Below the pieces are notes generated by a model that saw only the letters and a program-made list of their open reading frames with translations, had not been told where the DNA came from and made no database searches. Shown here piece by piece: positions 10,672 to 19,206 of a stretch of DNA of 64,000 nt; the stretch's first letter is position 1; every line of letters begins with the position of its first letter. The position numbers and the translations under genes were made by a program. Source of the DNA: Clostridia bacterium (GTDB lineage: Bacteria; Bacillota; Clostridia; UMGS1883); the NCBI GenBank assembly GCA_017451505.1, contig JAFTOF010000010.1:10172-74171 (forward strand). The letters are read 5' to 3'.

Positions 10672-11432
10672 TTTTAGTAATTGATATTGGCAATACAAAT
10701 ATTGTGGCAGGTTGTGTTGAGGGGAAAAATATATTGTTCCGCGAGCGTCTTTCCACGGCTCACCGTGCAACACGGCTTGAATACAGCGTGCTTTTAAAAA
10801 CTGCATTTGATATGTACGACATTGATTATAGAGATATTGAGGGGGCAATTATTTCATCGGTTGTGCCCTCCGTCACAAATATAGTTAAAGAATCAATAGA
10901 AAAGCTCTGCGGTATCTCTGCTATGGTGGTAGGTCCCGGACTTAAAACGGGTATCAGCATTGTAATTGATAATCCCGCACAGCTTGGAAGTGACTTGGTG
11001 GTTGACGCCGTTGCAGGCATAGAGGAATATCCGCTTCCGCAGATTATTGTGGATATGGGTACGGCGACCACTGTTTCGGTTATTAATAAGCAGAAGCAGT
11101 TTTTAGGCGGTGCGATTCTTCCGGGTGTGGCAGTTTCACACGATGCACTTATCGGAAGAACCTCTCAGCTTCCTAAGGTAGCCTTTGAAAAACCCAAAAA
11201 AATTATCGGAAGCAATACAATAGATTCCATTAAAAGCGGTATTCTCTACGGAAATGCAGGTGCTATTGAGGGAATAGTGGACAGATTTGAAAGCGAGCTT
11301 GGGGAAAAATGCACTGTCATTGCCACAGGCGGACTTGCAAAGGTGATTGTACCCCTTTGTAAGCGTGATATTATAGTGGACGAGGATTTGCTCCTCAAGG
11401 GATTGATGCTCATTTACGAAAAGAATAAGTAA
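10668..11432 (+). CDS. coaX: type III pantothenate kinase
   Basis: N-terminus MILVIDIGNTNIV and an ASKHA-fold pattern (DMGTATT...ATGGLA). Confidence 0.9.
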   Translation: MILVIDIGNTNIVAGCVEGKNILFRERLSTAHRATRLEYSVLLKTAFDMYDIDYRDIEGAIISSVVPSVTNIVKESIEKLCGISAMVVGPGLKTGISIVIDNPAQLGSDLVVDAVAGIEEYPLPQIIVDMGTATTVSVINKQKQFLGGAILPGVAVSHDALIGRTSQLPKVAFEKPKKIIGSNTIDSIKSGILYGNAGAIEGIVDRFESELGEKCTVIATGGLAKVIVPLCKRDIIVDEDLLLKGLMLIYEKNK

Positions 11433-11433
11433 T

Positions 11434-11459
11434 AAAAAAGCGGCTTTTGCCGCTTTTTT
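11434..11459. terminator. bidirectional terminator between coaX and the AraC regulator gene
   Basis: AAAAAAGCGGC-TTTT-GCCGCTTTTTT. Confidence 0.75.
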
Positions 11460-11460
11460 A

Positions 11461-12384
11461 TTACTTATTTTTGTTGGACATAAGCTTTACAAAGTCATCG
11501 TGGTGGAAGGCACTTTCCTCCTTGCCTCCGAATTCCCTGTAATGAATCCGGTATTCTTGGGGAGAGATTCCTACATAGGATTTAAAAACGTTGGAAAAGT
11601 ATTTTGAATCTGCAAAACAGAGCATATCGCTTAGATTTGAAATTGAGATGTTTGTTGCCCTGAGGTGATATTTTGCCGTCACTATTCTTTGTCCTTGGGC
11701 ATATTTCATAGGTGTCATTTTATATTTCTTCTTAAATATTTTTATTATTTGTGTTTTTCCCATATAAAATTGATTGCACAAATCTTCTATTGTTATTTTT
11801 CGTGTAAGGTTAGAATCAATATAGTCCATTATGCTCTCGGCAACACGGCTGTTGTCGAGAGTTTTTTCTTCTTTTTGAAGTGACAGGCTTATATTCTGAA
11901 TAATTTTGAGGATTTCGATACCAATTTTATTACATTCATTAATGGTGTAGGAGTCCGCTTCGTAGAGAATATTGAGTATATTTTGGAAATATTGCGAAAC
12001 ATTTGTTTTTACAATAAGTATGGAGGAATCTATGCGGTATAAATCAAGCAGGGAATGCATAAAATCTCCCTTTGCCGTAATGAAAAACTTCTGCAAGGGA
12101 AAACTTGTGTCAGAATAAAGCGTTCTGGGGATTGTCTTGTTGATGAAGAAAAAATCCCCCTTTTCAACAGTATAGGTTTTTCCATTAATATCTATATACC
12201 CCTTACCGTCCGTCACATATTCTAACTGATAACAGGTCAGAGCAGGGTCAAGAGGGTGATCCAAAGGGATTTTGTAATCAGTCTGGGGACGGGTATATCC
12301 TGCCAGGTACAATGTCAGCGGTGATTCGAATTTTAAAAGAGGAAAGAAAAACTGGTCATTAAACATTCCTATATCGGGTTTCAT
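11461..12384 (-). CDS. AraC family transcriptional regulator (cupin sensor domain plus AraC HTH)
   Basis: N-terminal cupin-like region (YIDINGKTYTVEKGDFFFINK) and a C-terminal AraC-type double HTH (ISNLSDMLCFADSKYFSNVFKSYVGISPQEYR). Divergent from the surface-protein locus. Confidence 0.85.
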   Translation of the reverse strand: MKPDIGMFNDQFFFPLLKFESPLTLYLAGYTRPQTDYKIPLDHPLDPALTCYQLEYVTDGKGYIDINGKTYTVEKGDFFFINKTIPRTLYSDTSFPLQKFFITAKGDFMHSLLDLYRIDSSILIVKTNVSQYFQNILNILYEADSYTINECNKIGIEILKIIQNISLSLQKEEKTLDNSRVAESIMDYIDSNLTRKITIEDLCNQFYMGKTQIIKIFKKKYKMTPMKYAQGQRIVTAKYHLRATNISISNLSDMLCFADSKYFSNVFKSYVGISPQEYRIHYREFGGKEESAFHHDDFVKLMSNKNK

Positions 12385-12508
12385 AACATGCCTCCAAGCG
12401 GTGAACTAATCCTCACCTTTTAAACTCTTTTTTAGGATTTACATCTTGCTGATAAAAGTATATACTAAACATACAGAGATGTCAAGATAATTGGCTTTGT
12501 ACCATGTA

Positions 12509-12537
12509 TTGCAACTGGAATTTATATACGGTTAAAT
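12509..12537 (+). promoter_or_regulatory. possible promoter of the surface-protein locus
   Basis: TTGCAA (12509-12514), a 17-nt spacer, then TTAAAT (12532-12537). Motif match only. Confidence 0.3.
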
Positions 12538-12578
12538 GAAGAAATATTTTTAACCAATTTTGGAAAGGAGTAACATAT

Positions 12579-15500
12579 ATGGAGAAAAAAGGACTAATGA
12601 GGAAAATCACAGCTATGGTTTTATCTGTGCTAATGTTTATGACTGCCATGCCTCAATTTTCGGCTTTGGCGGCACGTGAATATGCGGCAGAACTTAAAAT
12701 TAACGGTTTAGCGGTTGATTTTAAAAATGAAGCGTATAGCAGAAGTGATATTATCTATGTTCCGCTTGAGGAGCTGTGCGGATATCTCAATCTTCAGTTT
12801 ACGAAGGATGGGGATAAGTACAAAATAACCAGAATGGGAAGGACCATGACCGTGACAGCGGGAAACCTCGTTGTGAATGTGGACGGAATGGAAGCAGAGC
12901 TTCCCACACATCCGGAGGAAAAGAACGGAGTGCTTTATGTTCCGGCAGAGCTTTTCAGTCAGGGCTTCGGTTGCCCCTTGGAAATTTCGGAGGACATGAG
13001 AAGCGTCAGCCTTATTCCCAATGTGTATAAGGTTCCCATCACAGAAAATACAGCGGCGGCAATAAGTGCAGGAACTCCCGATAAGGATACTCTTGCTACA
13101 GGCACCTCCGCAGACGATAACATTTTTTATAACGTAACTAATTTCCCGCAAATGGAGAAAAGCCTGTTTTATCTGGTTGATTTAACCTCCTTTAAGGGAA
13201 AAGAGCTTGAAAGTGTTAAGCTGGCACTTAACTTAGACCGTGGAGAATACGGCCCCACCCTCAGAATTATGCGTACCGCTCCGTGGAAAAAGGGTGAGCT
13301 TACATATAATACACAGCCCGTGCTTTATGAAAAGGAATATGTGAATGTAAATCTTCCCGAAACAACCTACACCGACAAGGAATATGATATTACTTCTCTT
13401 GCGGCACTTGCTGATAAAGCGGGTGAGGTGCTTTCAGTAAAGCTTTTGGGTATGCCCCATTCAAGCAAGATGACATCTACCAAGACCTCCTTTATGATAA
13501 GAGGCGTAAATCATATAAAAGCTCCCTATGTGTTAGTATCGGTAAAGGAAAACTATAGCTTCCCGATAAAGGCAGAGGTTAAAGAAAGTGCAGACGATGA
13601 AGCCCGCTACAGCGAATTTGAGCTTCTCCGCTCCTTAGGCGTATTTACGGAAAACGATGAATTTCCTCTTGACCTTACAGAGGGCGTACAGAGACAGGAA
13701 TTTGTAAAGTATGCACTTCGCCTCAGAAATGCATCTGTACAGGAATCTGTCGGCGAGCAGTTCTTCTCGGATGTTCCCGCAGATGCTCCTTTCTATAAGG
13801 AAGTTATGACGGCACATTCCATGGGACTTGTGTCAGGCTGGCAGGGAATAGCATTCCGCCCCTATGATAATATTACATTAGGCGAAGCAATCACAATCCT
13901 TGGCAGAATGTTGAATTACAATATCTTTGCCGATGAACGCGGCGGATTTACCCCCGGCTACTTTGCAGCGGCAAGAAACGGTGACCTTTATAACGGTGCT
14001 GAAATTGAAAAGGAAGCACTTTCATTCAAGAAAATGTTTAAGCTTTTGGAGGATGCACTTGATGCAAAGATGCTCAATGTACGTTCCTACAGTTCAAACG
14101 GCACTGCGGAATATACCTTTGATGAAAATAAGACAATACTTACCGAGTATTGGAACGCACAGGTAATTGAGGGAACAGTTACTGCAAATGAATATTCAAG
14201 TATTGATTCCACACGCTTCGGCAAAGAAGGAAAAATTGCAATTGACGGAAAAGAACTTAGCTTCACATTTAAGCCTTACAATGAATTCCTTGGATATAGT
14301 GTCAAGGCATACTATGACAGATATGAGGATAAGCTCCTTTATATGGGTATCAAGGAATATGATATTACCGAAATTGATATTTCAGATATTACAGGTAAAA
14401 GCAAAAGCGGAAATACTATAAACTTTACATATGAAAAAGAAAATGGAAGCTTAGGCAGTGAAAGCTTTTCTTTTGAAAAAGACAAGAAGCATATAATTTA
14501 TAACGGAAAGGCAATAACGGAAGCTCAGTTCAACAATAAAGGTGTCGCACTTCTTGATGCTGATGCAGGAAGCATAAAACTTGTGGGCGACAGCCTTACA
14601 GTAATCACAGCATACAGAACTGTTGTGGTAAGCTCCGTAAATGCACCAGAGGAAGAAGTATATGACCTTTACGACGCATATAGCAGAAGTCTTGAACTGA
14701 AAGGCAAGGAATACACCATTACCGATGTAAAGGGAGAAGAGCTTTCTGTTGAAAAAATAGGAAAGAACGATGTTATTTCCGTGGCACAAAGCCTTGATAA
14801 CACTCTTATTACGGCAATCGTTTCAAAAACGAAAATAACAGGTGCAATAGAGACAATAGAAAATGCGGGAACCGCCGATGCAGCCTATACAATAAACGGA
14901 AAAGAATATGAGCTTTGTAACACTGCAAAGGTTTCGGGAAAGGCTGACTACTGGACAAATAATTTGGACTTAGGCTTTAATACTACCTTCTTCTTAAACC
15001 ATGAGGGAAGAATTGCAGGTACAGCTGCGAAAAAGACGGAGGGAATTATCGGCTATCTTCTTACCATGGGTTATAAGGGTAGTGCCATAAGCAAAAAACT
15101 TCAGGCTGCAGTCGTAATAAAGGATGCCGAGGAATATGTGGTGTATGACCTTGCCGATAAGGTTGAGGTCGATTGCATAAAGTACACAAATCACGAAGAT
15201 ATTGAAACATACTTTACCGATAATGCGCTGATAAAGAAACAGCCCATTATATTCGACCTTAACGCAGAGGGCAAGATTAAGAAAATCAATACTCCCGAAA
15301 TTGGTAAGGATCAAACTGGTAAGGAAGTTGAAAGCAGGGACGAGAATCTTGAACATAGACATACAAGTGCCGATGAGGGCATGAATTATAAGTCCTCAGG
15401 TATTTACGGAGGTAAGTTCTTCTTAGGTCAGGGTGACGGCGTTATTATCGCCAGAGCAGGAAATGAGCTTGAGGATTATTTCCCGAAGACAAGTCTTCCT

Positions 15501-17648
15501 AATAATAAAGCATACAATATGGACATATGGACAATCGGAAAGAAGAGCCCCAAGGCGGTAGTAGCTCTGGTTGATGATACAAGTACTCCCGAGGTTCACG
15601 AGGATTCGCTTCTCTATGTTGTAGACCGTGTGGTAACAGCCTTTGACAGCGATGGTATGGAGGTTAAAAAGCTCTATTATTACTCAGAACCCGATTCTCG
15701 CAAGAGTGTAGTTGTAAATAGCAAGTACGAACATCTTGTATCGGACTTTGCACGTGGCGATATTATCCGCTTTGGTACCAATGCAAAGGATGAACTTGAG
15801 GCGGCTACAAAATATTTTGATTATGATACCCATACCCTCAGCACCAGAGTAGGCGGCTACAATGAGCTTAACCGTGTAAGCGGAGGCTATGTGGGAAGAA
15901 TTGAAGAAACTTTTATCCAGCTTGTGGACTGCGATGCCGCAGATATCGGAAATCCGCAGGAGGAAAAAAGGACTGATATAAGCGATTATGAATACACTTG
16001 GCATGACAGCAGCAGATTCACCAATCTGATGAGCTACGAGGTAAGCTCGTCAGGCATCATAGTGAAAAAGGAAACAATCGACGCAATCCGCACCTATGAA
16101 GATGTTCCTTACAATCCCAACGGACTTATCCTGAACGCCGCATGGGAAAGCATTCGTGCCAATGTGTGGATTTTAGACATGAAGCAGCCTGCAAATACAG
16201 GTCGTTATATCCTTGATTATAACCCCAACACTACTGAAACAACATACGAATCCGTACGCTGTAATAATGACGGAAGCGTAACTGTTTCCTCTACAGAGCC
16301 AACCCGTGCAGGACATGCGTTTAAGTATTGGGTAAATGAAGCTGACCAAAACAAATATTATCCGGGCGATACCTTTACGTTGACAGCCAATACAGTCCTT
16401 ACAGCAGAATGGGTAGAAACGCCTACATATACAGTTACTCTAAGGCATACAGGTGCAGGCATATCCAAAGATATCAGCTTTGCACCCAAGACATGGGATA
16501 AGATTAATGAGGAACTGAAAGAAACGAAATATAAGATTCCCACAGCACAAGAAGCAAAAGAAAAAGGCTTTAGTAAAGACGGATGGCAGCTTGTCGGTTG
16601 GGAAGGCTACAGTATAGGTCAGGAAATATCTGTGGCGGGCAATATAGCAATTGATGCAATAATGATTCGTAACTGGAGCGGAACTGCTGCAACAGAGGCC
16701 CCCGAACTTGTTGATAGCTACTATCAGATTGAAACAGGTGAAGATCTTGCATGGTTCTCTGAACAGATTGCCACGACTCCCAATCTTAAAGCAAAGCTCG
16801 TAAATGATATTTATCTTAATAACTTTACGAATTGCGGTGACGGAAAAGAGATTAATGAAACAGGGGCAAACTGGTTTGAGAACGTCGATGTAACAGACAC
16901 TGCAAAGGTTAATAAGTGGAACGACTTTATGATTAATAACTTTGCAGGTGAGTTCGACGGTAACGGCAAGACAATCTACGGACTCTATCTTAAGGGAGAT
17001 ACCGGCACAGGCTTCTTCAGTTCAGTTGCAGGAGGAACTGTGAAGAACGTAACCTTTAAGGGAGCATATCTGCAGTCAATGACACACTCAGCAAAAACTC
17101 AGGGGAACTATAGCTCGCTTCACCAGAAACAGACAGGACTTCTTGCGGCAAGGGTTTCGGGCACTGCACAGATAAGCAAGGTAACGATGTACGGAAAGAT
17201 TGTTCCTTTGTCATCTGAGTATGATATTTATACCACCGCGGCAGTAGCAGGTAATGTTACCGGCAGTGCGACCTTTAAAGAATGTGTATCTTATGTGACG
17301 ATTGATTCTTCAATCACAACCGAGCATGCGACAACAGGCAGCGGAAATTATGGTGTTGGTGCAATAATCGGAACAACCCGTGGTGCAGGGGACACCGACG
17401 TAGTTACACTTGAAAAATGTATCAACCACGGTACAATAACAACGCCCCACTGTAAGAAAACTGCAGCAGTGGTAGGGGTTGCAGGACATAATGGAAAGAC
17501 CGTGTTTATAGAGTGTGGTAATGATGCAACCATAACAGTACTGGGTAAGTCGGAAGAAAAGCTTGTGTACTGGGATTATGGTACACTGTATAATGGCACC
17601 ACCAGTATCGGGACAAACCAAAATGGCGTTATAAACGTATTGAAGTAA
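12579..17648 (+). CDS. 1689-aa secreted mosaic cell-surface protein. Domain order: signal peptide, copper-amine-oxidase-N-like domain, DNRLRE/CBM96-like domain, SLH-like segment, long uncharacterised middle, Listeria-Bacteroides-type repeats, C-terminal GLUG-like beta-helix
   Basis: Signal peptide ending SALAA. LKINGLAVDF...IIYVPLEELCGYL resembles the Cu_amine_oxidN1 domain. FYLVDLTSF...LRIMRTAPWKKGELTYNTQP resembles DNRLRE. FSDVPADAPFYKEVMTAHSMGLVSGWQGIAFRPYDNITLGEAITILGRML resembles SLH. GHAFKYWVNEADQNKYYPGDTFTLTANTVLTAEW is a Listeria-Bacteroides-type repeat. YYQIETGEDLAWFSEQ...FAGEFDGNGKTIYGLYL...GGTVKNVTF marks the beta-helix entry. AAAGGAG lies 8 nt upstream of the ATG. Confidence 0.85.
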   Translation: MEKKGLMRKITAMVLSVLMFMTAMPQFSALAAREYAAELKINGLAVDFKNEAYSRSDIIYVPLEELCGYLNLQFTKDGDKYKITRMGRTMTVTAGNLVVNVDGMEAELPTHPEEKNGVLYVPAELFSQGFGCPLEISEDMRSVSLIPNVYKVPITENTAAAISAGTPDKDTLATGTSADDNIFYNVTNFPQMEKSLFYLVDLTSFKGKELESVKLALNLDRGEYGPTLRIMRTAPWKKGELTYNTQPVLYEKEYVNVNLPETTYTDKEYDITSLAALADKAGEVLSVKLLGMPHSSKMTSTKTSFMIRGVNHIKAPYVLVSVKENYSFPIKAEVKESADDEARYSEFELLRSLGVFTENDEFPLDLTEGVQRQEFVKYALRLRNASVQESVGEQFFSDVPADAPFYKEVMTAHSMGLVSGWQGIAFRPYDNITLGEAITILGRMLNYNIFADERGGFTPGYFAAARNGDLYNGAEIEKEALSFKKMFKLLEDALDAKMLNVRSYSSNGTAEYTFDENKTILTEYWNAQVIEGTVTANEYSSIDSTRFGKEGKIAIDGKELSFTFKPYNEFLGYSVKAYYDRYEDKLLYMGIKEYDITEIDISDITGKSKSGNTINFTYEKENGSLGSESFSFEKDKKHIIYNGKAITEAQFNNKGVALLDADAGSIKLVGDSLTVITAYRTVVVSSVNAPEEEVYDLYDAYSRSLELKGKEYTITDVKGEELSVEKIGKNDVISVAQSLDNTLITAIVSKTKITGAIETIENAGTADAAYTINGKEYELCNTAKVSGKADYWTNNLDLGFNTTFFLNHEGRIAGTAAKKTEGIIGYLLTMGYKGSAISKKLQAAVVIKDAEEYVVYDLADKVEVDCIKYTNHEDIETYFTDNALIKKQPIIFDLNAEGKIKKINTPEIGKDQTGKEVESRDENLEHRHTSADEGMNYKSSGIYGGKFFLGQGDGVIIARAGNELEDYFPKTSLPNNKAYNMDIWTIGKKSPKAVVALVDDTSTPEVHEDSLLYVVDRVVTAFDSDGMEVKKLYYYSEPDSRKSVVVNSKYEHLVSDFARGDIIRFGTNAKDELEAATKYFDYDTHTLSTRVGGYNELNRVSGGYVGRIEETFIQLVDCDAADIGNPQEEKRTDISDYEYTWHDSSRFTNLMSYEVSSSGIIVKKETIDAIRTYEDVPYNPNGLILNAAWESIRANVWILDMKQPANTGRYILDYNPNTTETTYESVRCNNDGSVTVSSTEPTRAGHAFKYWVNEADQNKYYPGDTFTLTANTVLTAEWVETPTYTVTLRHTGAGISKDISFAPKTWDKINEELKETKYKIPTAQEAKEKGFSKDGWQLVGWEGYSIGQEISVAGNIAIDAIMIRNWSGTAATEAPELVDSYYQIETGEDLAWFSEQIATTPNLKAKLVNDIYLNNFTNCGDGKEINETGANWFENVDVTDTAKVNKWNDFMINNFAGEFDGNGKTIYGLYLKGDTGTGFFSSVAGGTVKNVTFKGAYLQSMTHSAKTQGNYSSLHQKQTGLLAARVSGTAQISKVTMYGKIVPLSSEYDIYTTAAVAGNVTGSATFKECVSYVTIDSSITTEHATTGSGNYGVGAIIGTTRGAGDTDVVTLEKCINHGTITTPHCKKTAAVVGVAGHNGKTVFIECGNDATITVLGKSEEKLVYWDYGTLYNGTTSIGTNQNGVINVLK

Positions 17649-17720
17649 GGTAGGGGCGGATATATTATCCGCCCATCCCCCAAAACTTAATAAACCAATA
17701 TAATAACAGGAGGAAAAATC

Positions 17721-19142
17721 ATGAAAAAGACATTGGCATTAATCTTATCACTTATTCTCTGCATAGCCTCTCTTGCAGGTTGCGGCACTGCTGAGGAAAA
17801 TAAGAAAAAGGCAACAGCCGACAAAGACGATGTTACAATCAGCGTATGGTCAACAGAAGCGGGTGCACAATCTGTATGGGAAGAGCTGGTGGACGAATGG
17901 AACTCCACCACAGGCGATGAAAAGAATATATTTATCGACTGGGTTACAACCACAGATTCTACACAGACTGACGTAGCAGAGCAGAACGGAACACTTCCCC
18001 ATATTATGAACGTATCAGGAAGTCAGTTCACTCAGTTTATTGAAAGAAAAAGCGTAATTTCTCTCAATGAGCTTCCCGGAGGCGAGGAATTCCTCAAGGA
18101 ATATGACCAGCCGGGAATTGACGGAGATAACCTTGTTGACGGTAAGCAGTACGGAGTTTATATGAATGTAAGAACAGGCGGACTTGCTTATAATAAGGAG
18201 CTTTTCAAGAAAGCAGGTATTGTGGATAAAAACGGAGAAGCAAAAGCTCCCGAAACACTTTCCGAGGTAGTGGAATATGCAAAGAAAATCCGTGCACTCG
18301 GAAGCGATATTTACGGATTTGCGTTCCCGTTGAAATTTGGTACAACCTATCCGCTTTTACACCCACTTTCGTCCTACTATGACGGAAAAACTCCCGAAAC
18401 AGCACAATACTATATTGACCTTGATAAATTAACCTACGACTATAGAAATTATCCCGAGCAGATTAACTGGCTCTTTGAAATGAAGAAGGACGATTCTATA
18501 TTCCCCGGTGCAGAAACCCTTGATAATGACACTGCACGTGCATACTTTGCTGCAGGTACAATCGGTATGATTCCTGCAATAAGCTGGGACGTATCCGTGT
18601 ACAACAATCAGTTTAAAGCAGAGTGTGACTGGGATGTGTGCAAATATCCCGCACCCGATGGAAGAAAAGAATTTAAGCAGTGGTGTCAGCAGGGCGGCTG
18701 TATGCTTATCGGAAGAAAGGCTGCACTTGAAAACCCCGAAGAAACCATGGAGGTTTATAAGTTCATCTATTCCAAAGAAACAAGACAGGCTATGTTTGAA
18801 AGAGGAATCAATCTTTCTGCAAAGACAGATGTCCTTGAGGATTATGACAAGGATGCCGTTGACCCCAGATTTGCAAAATTTGCTTCCTTTGTTGATGAAA
18901 CAAAACGTTTCGCCCAGTCTGAAGCACATATAATCGAAGGCGATAATTTCAACACTCTTTTCCAGAAGGTATGGATTAGAGAAATAAGCCTTGATGAAGC
19001 TACAGCTACATTAAAGAAAAATCAGGAGAGCGGTCTTAAAAAAGCAGTAGCTCAGGGAGAATATGATGTTGAGAGACAGAAGCGTGTAAACGATTATCTC
19101 CAGAATGGAACAGAAGGTCTTGACCTTACATGGAATCACTAA
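17721..19142 (+). CDS. ABC transporter extracellular solute-binding lipoprotein (family 1, sugar type), with no adjacent permease genes
   Basis: Lipobox LAGCGT at the signal-peptide end, and a 473-aa SBP-like pattern. AGGAGG lies upstream. No membrane-component ORFs occur anywhere in the locus. Confidence 0.8.
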   Translation: MKKTLALILSLILCIASLAGCGTAEENKKKATADKDDVTISVWSTEAGAQSVWEELVDEWNSTTGDEKNIFIDWVTTTDSTQTDVAEQNGTLPHIMNVSGSQFTQFIERKSVISLNELPGGEEFLKEYDQPGIDGDNLVDGKQYGVYMNVRTGGLAYNKELFKKAGIVDKNGEAKAPETLSEVVEYAKKIRALGSDIYGFAFPLKFGTTYPLLHPLSSYYDGKTPETAQYYIDLDKLTYDYRNYPEQINWLFEMKKDDSIFPGAETLDNDTARAYFAAGTIGMIPAISWDVSVYNNQFKAECDWDVCKYPAPDGRKEFKQWCQQGGCMLIGRKAALENPEETMEVYKFIYSKETRQAMFERGINLSAKTDVLEDYDKDAVDPRFAKFASFVDETKRFAQSEAHIIEGDNFNTLFQKVWIREISLDEATATLKKNQESGLKKAVAQGEYDVERQKRVNDYLQNGTEGLDLTWNH

Positions 19143-19206
19143 CAGACGCTTTTATGGAGGCGTAGCAAATGCTATGCCCCATAGCCTCTTAAAGGAGGAA
19201 GTATAA

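Noticed and set aside
12530-12555. Inverted repeat GGTTAAA-N12-TTTAACC upstream of the 1689-aa gene, considered as an AraC operator
   Set aside because: It has only 7-bp arms in AT-rich DNA and overlaps the putative -10. That is too weak to call a binding site.
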